DNA from: an uncultured Gammaproteobacteria bacterium
Lineage (GTDB): Bacteria > Patescibacteriota > Microgenomatia > UBA8517
Length of the DNA stretch: 64,000 nucleotides
Direction: 5' to 3'
Assembly (NCBI GenBank): GCA_964617045.1
Contig: CAZTVZ010000001.1
Coordinates: 24,521 to 88,520 of the forward strand
The notes under the pieces were generated by a model. The model searched no databases. It was given only the letters and a program-made list of their open reading frames with translations, and was not told the DNA's origin. This document shows, piece by piece, positions 9,502 to 18,947 of the stretch. Made by a program: the position numbers and the translations under genes. Numbering within the stretch: the stretch's first letter is position 1; every line of letters begins with the position of its first letter.

Positions 9502-12423
9502 ATGGAAAACACAATCAAAATACGCGGTGCAAAACAGCATAACTTAAAAAATGTTGATGTCGATATTCCAAAAAACAAACTCGTGGTATTGACCGGTGTG
9601 TCCGGTAGCGGTAAAAGTTCTTTGGCTTTCGATACGTTATATGCGGAAGGCCAAAGAAGATACGTTGAATCTCTTTCAACATATGCCAGACAATTTTTAG
9701 GTGTAATGGAAAAACCAGATGTTGATTATATCGAAGGGTTGTCTCCGGCGATATCTATCGATCAAAAAACCACATCCAGAAATCCACGATCAACTGTGGG
9801 TACTGTTACTGAAATATATGATTATCTCAGACTTCTGTTTGCTAAAATCGGACATCCTCATTGTCCAGTTTGTGGAAGAGAAATATCACAGCAAAGCGTG
9901 GATCAAATTGTTGAAGAAGCCTTATCGTTGATCAAATCAACGGTGACAAATGAAAAAAGAGGATGGTTTCTTGTTTTGTCTCCGGTTGTAAGAGACAGAA
10001 AGGGTGAATATTCTTCGCTTTTCGACAATTTAAAAGCAAAGGGTTATAGGAGGGTAAGAGTGGATGGATACATCAAAGACCTTTCGGAAGATTTTGTTCT
10101 CATAAAAACGAACAAGCATTCTATAGATGTTCAGGTGGATAAATTAAGTCTTACGGAAAAGAATTTAAAAGATCAAAAATATGTTGAAGATCTTAGAAAA
10201 AGATTGTCCGATTCTATCCAGCAGGCATTAAATTTATCTGAGGGAAATGTTATTTTTGCGAAGATTGATGATCAGGGCTTCATTATGCCCGAAGTGCCCA
10301 AAAAGTTCCAAGATACTTTGTTTTCTGAAAGATTTGCATGCCCTGTAGATAATATTCAAATTTCCGAAATCGAACCAAGATCTTTTTCTTTTAATTCTCC
10401 TCAGGGTGCATGTCCATCGTGTACCGGTTTGGGGAAAATTTTGAAAGTAGAACCTTCACTAATTTTCAATGACAATTTGACCATAAGAGAAGGGGGCATT
10501 ACTCCTTTTGCCGCAATGTTTGAAAATGATACTTGGTATTCCAGAATTATTATTGGAGTCTGTGAAGGAAATGGAATCGATTCTAGAAAGCCTTTAAGTG
10601 AAATAACAGATAAAGAAAAACAATTACTTCTCTATGGTACTGGTGACAGGGTTTACAAAATCGAAGGGACAAACAAATCAGGGAAAATGACAAATATATG
10701 GGAGGAATATCATGGAATCGTGGACGAACTAGAAAAAAAATATCAACAGACCGACTCGGATTGGGTCAGAAAAGAAATTGAAAAGTACATGAGAGAACAA
10801 GTATGTGAAGAGTGTAAAGGGGCAAGGCTAAAACAAGAGGTTTTAAGTGTTACCGTTGCCGGTCTTTCGATATCCGAAGTAACCAATTTCTCAATTTCAG
10901 ACGCAATTATCTGGATAAAAGAGCTTGGAGAAAATAAACAAATATTAAATTCAAGGGAAAAAAGAATAGGTGATTTAATTATCAAAGAAATTGCGGACAG
11001 ATTGGGTTTTTTAAGTTCTGTTGGGCTTGAATATCTTACACTCTCGAGAGAAGCGGGAACATTATCGGGAGGAGAAGCGCAAAGAATTCGTTTGGCTTCT
11101 CAGATAGGATCGGGGCTTACAGGAGTTCTTTACGTACTTGATGAACCTACGATCGGTTTACATCAAAAAGATAACAGAAAACTAATAGATACTCTTAAAA
11201 GACTAAGAGATTTGGGTAATACGGTTGTTGTTGTTGAACACGACAAAGAAATGATTGAATCCGCTGATTATGTAATAGATTTCGGTCCTGGTGCTGGTAA
11301 ATTAGGCGGCATGATGGTTTCAGCGGGCACACCGGAACAAATAAAAAAAGATGAAAAATCTCTTACTGGAAAATATCTATCAGGAAAAAGAGATATCGAT
11401 ATTAAAAGAAATAGCCTGGTTGATTTGAAAAACAATAATCTGACAATTAAAGGTTGCTCACAATTTAATCTAAAAAATGTTGATGTTACCTTCCCCCTCG
11501 GTAAATTAATTGCATTAACAGGTTTGTCTGGTTCGGGAAAATCAACATTACTTGTCGAAACAATGTATCCCGCACTAATGAATGAACTTAATCCTCTTTA
11601 TAAACACGAGACTGGGGCTTACAAACATCTTGAAGGAATCGAAAATATTGACAAGGTTATTCTAATCGACCAGTCTCCTATAGGAAGAACACCAAGAAGC
11701 AACCCCGCAACATATACAGGAGTATTTGATCCGATTAGAGATGTCTTTTCCAATACACACGAAGCAAAAGCTTTGGGATTCAAAAAAAGCAGATTCTCTT
11801 TTAACTTAAAGGGAGGAAGATGCGAAGCGTGTGAAGGTCAAGGTCAAACAAAAATTGAAATGCAGTTTATGAGCGATATATGGGTTCCCTGCGAAATATG
11901 TAAAGGTAAAAGATATAACGCACAAACACTTGATGTTACTTATAAAGGTAAGGATATATCTGAAGTTTTGGGCATGACCGTAAGTGAAGCCAAGGAATAT
12001 TTTGTTAATAATCCACACATAATCGATAAACTTGAAACCCTTGAACAAGTAGGCCTTGGATATATTGAATTGGGACAACCGGCAACTACTCTCTCGGGAG
12101 GAGAAGCCCAAAGGGTAAAATTGGCTTCGGAATTATCACGTAAGGCAACCGGTAAAACAGTATATATTTTAGACGAACCTACAACCGGACTTCACTTTGC
12201 GGATGTCGATAGACTATTGAAGGTACTAAGAATATTGGTTGACAAAGGAAACACTGTTATATTAATCGAGCACAATTTGGATGTTATAAAAAATGCCGAC
12301 TACATCATAGATTTGGGACCTGAAGGTGGAGATAAAGGTGGAAAAATTGTTGCTTCAGGTAAAGTAGAAGATATAAAAAAGGTAAAAGAATCATACACAG
12401 GCTTTTACTTAAAATCTCTCTAA
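9502..12423 (+). CDS. uvrA: Excinuclease ABC subunit A
   Basis: Two ABC ATPase modules (GVSGSGKSSLAFDTLYAEGQRRY; GLSGSGKSTL), zinc-finger Cys clusters (CPVCG, CEACEGQG, CEIC), LSGGEAQR signatures. 973 aa. Confidence 0.95.
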   Translation: MENTIKIRGAKQHNLKNVDVDIPKNKLVVLTGVSGSGKSSLAFDTLYAEGQRRYVESLSTYARQFLGVMEKPDVDYIEGLSPAISIDQKTTSRNPRSTVGTVTEIYDYLRLLFAKIGHPHCPVCGREISQQSVDQIVEEALSLIKSTVTNEKRGWFLVLSPVVRDRKGEYSSLFDNLKAKGYRRVRVDGYIKDLSEDFVLIKTNKHSIDVQVDKLSLTEKNLKDQKYVEDLRKRLSDSIQQALNLSEGNVIFAKIDDQGFIMPEVPKKFQDTLFSERFACPVDNIQISEIEPRSFSFNSPQGACPSCTGLGKILKVEPSLIFNDNLTIREGGITPFAAMFENDTWYSRIIIGVCEGNGIDSRKPLSEITDKEKQLLLYGTGDRVYKIEGTNKSGKMTNIWEEYHGIVDELEKKYQQTDSDWVRKEIEKYMREQVCEECKGARLKQEVLSVTVAGLSISEVTNFSISDAIIWIKELGENKQILNSREKRIGDLIIKEIADRLGFLSSVGLEYLTLSREAGTLSGGEAQRIRLASQIGSGLTGVLYVLDEPTIGLHQKDNRKLIDTLKRLRDLGNTVVVVEHDKEMIESADYVIDFGPGAGKLGGMMVSAGTPEQIKKDEKSLTGKYLSGKRDIDIKRNSLVDLKNNNLTIKGCSQFNLKNVDVTFPLGKLIALTGLSGSGKSTLLVETMYPALMNELNPLYKHETGAYKHLEGIENIDKVILIDQSPIGRTPRSNPATYTGVFDPIRDVFSNTHEAKALGFKKSRFSFNLKGGRCEACEGQGQTKIEMQFMSDIWVPCEICKGKRYNAQTLDVTYKGKDISEVLGMTVSEAKEYFVNNPHIIDKLETLEQVGLGYIELGQPATTLSGGEAQRVKLASELSRKATGKTVYILDEPTTGLHFADVDRLLKVLRILVDKGNTVILIEHNLDVIKNADYIIDLGPEGGDKGGKIVASGKVEDIKKVKESYTGFYLKSL

Positions 12424-12441
12424 AATTCGTTATACTTAAAT

Positions 12442-14340
12442 ATGTTTTTACGAAAACTACTCATTTATGTATTCTCCTTTGTGTGTTTGTTGTTATTACC
12501 GTCCAATGTTAAGGCTCAACAAGAATTTGCAACCGACATAAATGTGGAGTATCAGTTTTCAACGACAGGTACTACAAAGGTAATTCACGACGTTTCTTTG
12601 GAAAACGTTTTTTCCAATCTGTACGCGACTTCATATAAGTTATACCTAAACAATATTGATCCGATTTCGCCGAAGGCATTCCAGGACGGTACTGAACTTA
12701 ATTTGACTAAATACAAAGAAAAAGATTCCACTGTTTTAAATGTAGAATTTTCTGATGCAGTTGTAGGTAAGGGTCAAAAAAGAAATTTTAGAATTGAATT
12801 TGAAAACAATTCCTTCGCAACAAGAACCGGTGAAGTTTGGGAAGTATCAATTCCCAAGTTATCCCAAGAAAACAACTTCAGATCTTACAATGTGATACTA
12901 AATGTTCCTTCATCTTTTGGTAACGAGGCATATATTTCCCCGAAAGCAGATGAAGCCAAGAATAATGGTGATTTTAAAATATATTCTTTCTCAAAAGAAA
13001 AGCTTTTAAGTTCAGGCATAACCGCCGGTTTCGGAGCGTTTCAAGTTTTCTCTTTCAATTTCAATTACCATTTGGAAAACCCTCTCAACAGAAGTGCAAT
13101 TACCGAGATTGCTCTTCCTCCAGATACCAATTTGCAAAAAGTATATTACACGGATCTAAAACCAGAACCCGATAACGTGTATGTTGATCCGGACGGCAAC
13201 TGGATTGGTGAATATAAATTGGAACCAAGACAAAGGATCGACGTTCAGGCAAAAGGTTTCGTGCAAATATTTGCAACCGCAAGACCATTCCCAAAGTCTT
13301 CAAAGGAAGTGTTGCAGAATAATTTAAAACCTACTCAATACTGGCAAACTGAACATCCACAGATAAAAGAAATAGCTGCAAAATATAAAACTCCCAAAGA
13401 AATATATGATTTTGTTTGGCAAAATCTAACCTACGACTACAATAACGTAAAGCCAAACGTAGAGAGAAAAGGGGCAGTGCTTGCTCTAAACAACCCAAGT
13501 AGTGCCATATGTATGGAATTTACCGATTTGTTTGTTGCCATAGCCAGAGCTGCTGGGATACCCGCAAGAGAAATTAACGGTTATGCATATACTGAGAATC
13601 CACAAATTCAACCTTTATCCCTTGTTGCCGATGTGCTGCATGCCTGGCCGGAATACTGGGATGAAAAAACAGAATCTTGGATTGCAGTGGACCCAACATG
13701 GGCATCCACAACAGGTGGAGTAGATTTTTTCAGCAAACTTGATTTAAGACATTTTGCTTTTGTCATTCATGGAAACGATTCTTCAAAACCATATCCACCA
13801 GGATCTTACAAGTTGGGGTCTAACCCTCAAAAGGATGTTTTTATTTCATTTGGCCAATTACCTCAGGAAAAACAATCGGCACTGGACATAAAAGTCAGAC
13901 CCCTTGAAGGACTACCTTTCATGAATAGTAAAGTTGAAGTTACCATCAAAAATCCTGGACCATCGGCACTTTACAACCTAGAACCACAAATATTGTTTGA
14001 CGGAAAGTTCGAAACAAGCGGGTTTATCGAAATTCTACCTCCTTTCTCTACTCATAAAATGTCAGTTAGTATTCCCTTTTCGTTTTTGGGTAGTAGTACC
14101 CCAGGAAAAGTAACTGTTTTGGCCAACGGAAGAGAGGCGACAATAATTACGGACAAAAACAAAATGGTAATCTACAACATGATTATTATCAGTATTGTAT
14201 TTTTTGCTGCAATAATCCTTTTGCTGGTAAGATTGGGAAAAATTAAGTTTGGAGTTATAATTGCAAAAATTAGCAGTGTTTTTAAAGGAAAAAATGACAA
14301 GAAACCCCTTTCTCAAGACCAGGTCATACAAGATAAATAA
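12442..14340 (+). CDS. Transglutaminase-like cysteine protease-fold surface protein (signal peptide, C-terminal TM anchor)
   Basis: N-terminal signal peptide. Transglutaminase core Cys-His-Asp (SAICMEFTDLF ... HAWPEYW ... AVDPTW). Hydrophobic C-terminal anchor followed by a basic tail. Confidence 0.65.
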   Translation: MFLRKLLIYVFSFVCLLLLPSNVKAQQEFATDINVEYQFSTTGTTKVIHDVSLENVFSNLYATSYKLYLNNIDPISPKAFQDGTELNLTKYKEKDSTVLNVEFSDAVVGKGQKRNFRIEFENNSFATRTGEVWEVSIPKLSQENNFRSYNVILNVPSSFGNEAYISPKADEAKNNGDFKIYSFSKEKLLSSGITAGFGAFQVFSFNFNYHLENPLNRSAITEIALPPDTNLQKVYYTDLKPEPDNVYVDPDGNWIGEYKLEPRQRIDVQAKGFVQIFATARPFPKSSKEVLQNNLKPTQYWQTEHPQIKEIAAKYKTPKEIYDFVWQNLTYDYNNVKPNVERKGAVLALNNPSSAICMEFTDLFVAIARAAGIPAREINGYAYTENPQIQPLSLVADVLHAWPEYWDEKTESWIAVDPTWASTTGGVDFFSKLDLRHFAFVIHGNDSSKPYPPGSYKLGSNPQKDVFISFGQLPQEKQSALDIKVRPLEGLPFMNSKVEVTIKNPGPSALYNLEPQILFDGKFETSGFIEILPPFSTHKMSVSIPFSFLGSSTPGKVTVLANGREATIITDKNKMVIYNMIIISIVFFAAIILLLVRLGKIKFGVIIAKISSVFKGKNDKKPLSQDQVIQDK

Positions 14341-15610
14341 ATCCGCATTTTCAAAATTACCGGATAGGCCTGGTGTGTATTCATTTCTCAAGCATAAAAG
14401 ACCTGTATATATTGGAAAAGCCGTAAACCTCAAATCACGAATCAAAAGCTATTTAGGAATCGAACTGCTACCTAAAACCAGAAAAATGGTTGAAGAATCA
14501 GACGAACTTCGTGTAATAAAAGTCGATAGTGAATTGGAATCTCTTCTTCTGGAAACGGAACTCATTAGAAAATACCAACCCATCTATAACATTATTTCCA
14601 AAGACGACAAGCATGCGCTTTATATCAGAATAACAAAAGAAAAATACCCCAGAGTTATTACAGCAAGAAAAATTGAAGTAGGTAAGAAGGATAACATTGC
14701 AGTATTTGGTCCATTTCCGTCTTCCGGCAATGTTAAATCGGTTTTAAAAATGATCAGAAAAATATTTCCGTATTCAGATCATAAATTGGGTAAAAAAGTA
14801 TGTTTGGAAAATCAAATAGGTCTTTGTAATCCATGTCCGAATCATATCGAAGCAATTTCAAATATAAATGAGAAAAGCAAAATGTTAACAGAATATTTAA
14901 ACAATATTAGAATGATAAAAAAAATTTTGAGTAGAAAAAGTAATCTTGTAAAAAATGCTCTTAGTAAAAGAATGAGCAAGTTGTCTAAGGATTTGAAATA
15001 CGAGGAAGCATCCAAAATCAGGGACCAAATAAGAAAGCTCGAATATATCCAACAACCGATCAATAGTGAGATAAGCTTTATAGAAAATCCGAACCTCCTT
15101 GAAGATATCAGGAAAGATGAACTGATTAATCTGGAAAAAATAATAGAAAAGTATTACGGCAAAAAGATTACAATATCGAGAATCGAGTGCTTTGATATCG
15201 CACACATATCGGGAGAAAACACCACCGCATCAATGGTTACTTTTATATCCGGTGAGCCTGCCAAAGAATATTATCGTAGAATAAAAATTAGGAAAACGGA
15301 TGGAGTAAACGATATTCAATCTATGGAAGAAGTTGCTCAAATACGTAAAAACAAGCTGGGTAATTGGGGAAAACCAGACTTGATTATTGTTGACGGAGGG
15401 AAAGCTCAAGTCAATGCCTTTAAAAAATATATTGAAGACATCCCGGTAATCGGATTGGCAAAAAGAACCGATAGAATATTGATCGAAGGAAAATATTTGG
15501 ATTTAAGTAAACAAAAATCGTTTAACCTGATCAAGAGAATTGATGACGAAGCCCATCGTTTTGCAAGGAGATATCATCATCTTTTGGTCAAAAAGATGCT
15601 CTTTTCTTGA
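14294..15610 (+). CDS. uvrC: Excinuclease ABC subunit C, short form (GIY-YIG + UvrBC + endonuclease domains; no C-terminal HhH)
   Basis: GIY-YIG motif PGVYSF...VYIGKAVNLKSRIKSY. UvrB-interacting EEASKIRDQIRKLEYI. C-terminal endonuclease IECFDIAHISGENTTASMV. The start is uncertain and overlaps the upstream gene; ATG 14294 or 14261. Confidence 0.8.
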   Translation: MTRNPFLKTRSYKINKSAFSKLPDRPGVYSFLKHKRPVYIGKAVNLKSRIKSYLGIELLPKTRKMVEESDELRVIKVDSELESLLLETELIRKYQPIYNIISKDDKHALYIRITKEKYPRVITARKIEVGKKDNIAVFGPFPSSGNVKSVLKMIRKIFPYSDHKLGKKVCLENQIGLCNPCPNHIEAISNINEKSKMLTEYLNNIRMIKKILSRKSNLVKNALSKRMSKLSKDLKYEEASKIRDQIRKLEYIQQPINSEISFIENPNLLEDIRKDELINLEKIIEKYYGKKITISRIECFDIAHISGENTTASMVTFISGEPAKEYYRRIKIRKTDGVNDIQSMEEVAQIRKNKLGNWGKPDLIIVDGGKAQVNAFKKYIEDIPVIGLAKRTDRILIEGKYLDLSKQKSFNLIKRIDDEAHRFARRYHHLLVKKMLFS

Positions 15611-15642
15611 CATTGGAATATTCACGTTAAATACTTAACTAA

Positions 15643-16044
15643 ATGAAAACACTGCTCAGACATTATATTGTTGACACATTCACATTGTATCTGGTGTCTA
15701 CTGTTGCTTCGGGAATAATATTTCAAGATGGATTGAAGACGTTGTTTCTTGCCGGAGTAGGTTTAATGGTCGCCTCTATGCTTATTAAGCCAATAATTAA
15801 TATCCTTCTGCTTCCGATTAATCTGGTTACTTTTGGACTTTTCAAATGGCTTTCGTCTGCAGTTGCTTTGTATTTGGTTGCCCTGGTTATACCTGGACTT
15901 AAAATCGAGCGATTTTTCTACCCAGGTCTTACCACAACTTGGATTGATATACCCCAAATATCTTTCGATGGATTGATGGCCTTTGTGGCTTTTTCTCTTC
16001 TTATTTCCTTCGTAACCTCAATCTTTCACTGGTTGATCAAGTAA
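15643..16044 (+). CDS. DUF360 / 'phage holin 4_2'-family 4-TM membrane protein
   Basis: Pattern LIKPIINILLLPINLVTFGLF...VALYLVALVIPGLKI is typical of PF04020-like proteins. Paralog at 34908. Confidence 0.55.
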   Translation: MKTLLRHYIVDTFTLYLVSTVASGIIFQDGLKTLFLAGVGLMVASMLIKPIINILLLPINLVTFGLFKWLSSAVALYLVALVIPGLKIERFFYPGLTTTWIDIPQISFDGLMAFVAFSLLISFVTSIFHWLIK

Positions 16045-16061
16045 TTTGATATAATTGTACG

Positions 16062-16274
16062 ATGAAAGATTTTTTGATCGTAATTCAGATGCTCGCGGCA
16101 GTTATCCTGGTTGTTTTGATTTTGATGCAGGCCAAGGGCACAGGATTCGGAAGCTCGTGGGGTGGGGGAGGATCTTCTTTTACGCGAAGAGGCTTGGAAA
16201 AACTGGTCTTTAAGATGACATTCGTTGTTACCGCTATTTTTCTTTTGGTTTCGTTTATAAACATTCTTATTTAA
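16062..16274 (+). CDS. secG: Preprotein translocase subunit SecG
   Basis: 70 aa, two TM. LILMQAKGTGFGSSWGGGGSSFTRRGLEKL matches the SecG Gly-rich loop. Confidence 0.8.
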   Translation: MKDFLIVIQMLAAVILVVLILMQAKGTGFGSSWGGGGSSFTRRGLEKLVFKMTFVVTAIFLLVSFINILI

Positions 16275-17596
16275 TGCGCAATCTGCGATATTACTACAGA
16301 CTGGTCGGAGCATTTCTTTCGCGTTTCAAGGCAATTATCATACTGGGTACAATTATCGGAATTGTTGGATTTGTTTTAATTTCTCTTTTTGGATCAACAA
16401 TCTTTTTAACGACTACCCAAACCATCGGATATGTTGGTAAATACCGAATCGATACTCTTCCTCAAGAAATTCTTTCACAAATTAGTGTCGGATTGACGAC
16501 TGTTGATGAAAGCGGAGCCGTACTTCCGGGAATTGCAGAATCCTGGGAAAGTACCGATGGAGGAAAATCTTGGACATTTAAAATTGCCAAAGACATGAAA
16601 TGGCAAGACGACAAAGAAATTACCTCAGATACAATTAATTACACTTTTTCTGACGCTCAGGTTGAAAAGCCTGATGATTATTCTATTACGTTTAAGCTGC
16701 AAAGTCCTTTTGCACCCTTCCCTTCTGTTGTATCTGAACCTTTATTCAAAAAGGGACTTTTAGGTACCGGGGAATGGAAAGTGTCAAAAGCTTCTGTAGT
16801 AGGAAATTATGTACAAAGGCTTACCCTTACAAACGAGCAGGGTGAAAAAAAGATATATAAGTTTTACCCAACCGAAGAAAGAGCAAAACTTGCATACAAA
16901 CTTGGATCTGTTGATAAATTGGAAGGATTGTTTACGAATGACCCGTTTATAAATTGGAGAAACACAACAATTGAAGAAAACATCAGCACATATCGTTATG
17001 CCGCAATATTTTTTAATTTGGCCAATCCTGTTTTGGGCGAAAAAACGATGAGACAAGCCTTGAACTACGCAATAGATAAAGAGGCATTTAACGGTGTCAG
17101 AGCGTTTGGGCCGATATCTCCCGATTCGTGGGCATACAATCCTCAAGTAAAGCCTTACACGTATGACGAAAAACGTGCCGTTGAACTATATGAAGGCTTG
17201 CCTAAAGAATTAAAGGAAAATAAAGATGTAAAAATTAGTACCAGTGTTGTTTTGTTGTCTTCAGCTGAAAAAATTGCTGAATATTGGAGGAAATTGGGAT
17301 TAAATGTCAATGTTGAGGTTGTATCCGGTGTTCCTGCGGAATATCAGGTTTTACTTGCCATTATCGATATTCCGATAGATCCCGATCAATATGCCTTATG
17401 GCACTCTACCCAAGGTCAGACAAATATTACCAAATATTCGAGCCCCAGAATCGACAAGCTTTTGGAAGACGGAAGAATCGAGGTTGATGTTGAACAAAGA
17501 AAAAAAATATACCTGGATTTTCAAAGGTTTTTAGTTGAGGATTCACCAGCAATATTTTTGTACCACCCCATTACTTATACCATTTTAAGGCAATAA
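16274..17596 (+). CDS. Extracellular solute-binding protein, family 5-like (peptide/nickel type), membrane-anchored, no cognate permease nearby
   Basis: N-terminal TM. VDESGAVLPGIAESWESTDGGKSWTFKI and later family-5 SBP-like segments. Shorter than canonical, at about 440 aa. Confidence 0.55.
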   Translation: MRNLRYYYRLVGAFLSRFKAIIILGTIIGIVGFVLISLFGSTIFLTTTQTIGYVGKYRIDTLPQEILSQISVGLTTVDESGAVLPGIAESWESTDGGKSWTFKIAKDMKWQDDKEITSDTINYTFSDAQVEKPDDYSITFKLQSPFAPFPSVVSEPLFKKGLLGTGEWKVSKASVVGNYVQRLTLTNEQGEKKIYKFYPTEERAKLAYKLGSVDKLEGLFTNDPFINWRNTTIEENISTYRYAAIFFNLANPVLGEKTMRQALNYAIDKEAFNGVRAFGPISPDSWAYNPQVKPYTYDEKRAVELYEGLPKELKENKDVKISTSVVLLSSAEKIAEYWRKLGLNVNVEVVSGVPAEYQVLLAIIDIPIDPDQYALWHSTQGQTNITKYSSPRIDKLLEDGRIEVDVEQRKKIYLDFQRFLVEDSPAIFLYHPITYTILRQ

Positions 17597-17598
17597 AA

Positions 17599-17646
17599 AA
17601 CTAACGGTGTTTTTGTTGATGCCTGGGTAAGCATTCACCGTTAGTT
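17599..17646. terminator. Bidirectional intrinsic-terminator-like hairpin between convergent genes
   Basis: Perfect 11-bp inverted repeat AACTAACGGTG ... CACCGTTAGTT, flanked by an A-run upstream and T-rich sequence inside. Confidence 0.45.
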
Positions 17647-17653
17647 ATCCCAA

Positions 17654-18085
17654 TTATGTATGGATTTCAATATTGGAAGAAAACAAGCACTTCCGCAAGG
17701 AAATCGTTTGTGGATTTCGAGTTACGGGAAGACTATCTTTTACATAATATAAAATCTTCTCGCAAACCTCTTGGAATGCCGATATTGAATAATCAGATCT
17801 AACATCCTCCGTGGGATATATAAACAGTTCGATATCGCTTTGTTTGACGGTCTTGCGATCCGTGATGTCGAAAAGTATATCCGCAGCAATTTTCTTTTCT
17901 GCCTGGTTGATTTTGAGTTTTCTAAGAAAATCATCAAGCCAACCCGGTGGGTACTGCAAAAACGTTGTTTTTTTGAAATTGACTACAATCGTTAATTGCA
18001 TTCTTCCTCCTTTGAAATGTGCTAACTCACTGAACATATTATAGGACTTGGGCACAAAATAGTCAAGTTTGCTATACTTAGGCAT
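17654..18085 (-). CDS. Hypothetical protein (143 aa)
   Basis: ORF only. No motif recognised. Confidence 0.3.
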   Translation of the reverse strand: MPKYSKLDYFVPKSYNMFSELAHFKGGRMQLTIVVNFKKTTFLQYPPGWLDDFLRKLKINQAEKKIAADILFDITDRKTVKQSDIELFIYPTEDVRSDYSISAFQEVCEKILYYVKDSLPVTRNPQTISLRKCLFSSNIEIHT

Positions 18086-18941
18086 GGTTGTTGATATTGC
18101 AAATAGTTGGGAAAATTATGAACTTTTAGATTCCGGAAACGGTAAGCGGATGGAAAGGTTTGGGTCATATACACTTGTAAGACCAGACCCGCAAGCAATA
18201 TGGAAACCGCTTCTTCCACTTCACAAATGGGAACAGGTTGATGCATTTTACTCAAAAAAGGGAAGTTTTGAGGGATGGACAAAAAGTAACGATTTTCCCG
18301 AGAAATGGGAAATAAAATACGACGATTTAACTATTTACGCCAAATTGACACCTTTTAAACATACAGGTATTTTCCCTGAACAATCCGTTCAATGGGAATG
18401 GATGAAAAATAAAATAGGGAAAGCCAGCAGGGAAATTAATGTACTGAATCTATTTGGCTATACGGGAATTGCGTCTCTTATATGTGCAAAGGCGGGTGCA
18501 AAAGTAACGCATATCGATGCTTCTAAACCTGCAATTACATGGGCAAGAGAAAATCAAAAATTATCTGGCCTTGATAATTTACCAATCAGATGGATTCCTG
18601 AGGATTCATTGAAGTTTGTGGAAAGAGAAATCAGAAGGGGTAACAAATATGATGCAATAATTATGGATCCTCCTGCATATGGACACGGTCCTACTGGTGA
18701 GATATGGGATTTCTACAAACACTTTCCGATTCTTCTTGAAAACTGTAAACGATTGTTGTCGGATGACCCTTTGTTTATCATCGTAAATGCATACGCAATA
18801 TCTGCTTCCTCGCTGATGTTGAAAAATATGCTTCTTGAGGTAGGTAGTGAAGAATGTATTGAAGTGGGCGAGTTGGCACTTAGAGAAAGTGGATCTGGAA
18901 GACTTCTTTCAACCGGTATTTTCGGTCGCGCCTCTTTTTAA
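18069..18941 (+). CDS. Class I SAM-dependent methyltransferase (RlmI/YccW-like rRNA methyltransferase C-terminal module)
   Basis: SAM-binding motif VLNLFGYTGIASLICAKAGAKVTHIDAS and post-II motif AIIMDPPAYG. Confidence 0.7.
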   Translation: MLYLGMVVDIANSWENYELLDSGNGKRMERFGSYTLVRPDPQAIWKPLLPLHKWEQVDAFYSKKGSFEGWTKSNDFPEKWEIKYDDLTIYAKLTPFKHTGIFPEQSVQWEWMKNKIGKASREINVLNLFGYTGIASLICAKAGAKVTHIDASKPAITWARENQKLSGLDNLPIRWIPEDSLKFVEREIRRGNKYDAIIMDPPAYGHGPTGEIWDFYKHFPILLENCKRLLSDDPLFIIVNAYAISASSLMLKNMLLEVGSEECIEVGELALRESGSGRLLSTGIFGRASF

Positions 18942-18947
18942 GCAATA

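Noticed and set aside
14062-14445. 127-aa minus-strand ORF spanning the transglutaminase-gene 3' end and uvrC 5' end
   Set aside because: It overlaps two well-supported plus-strand genes and its translation is low-complexity.
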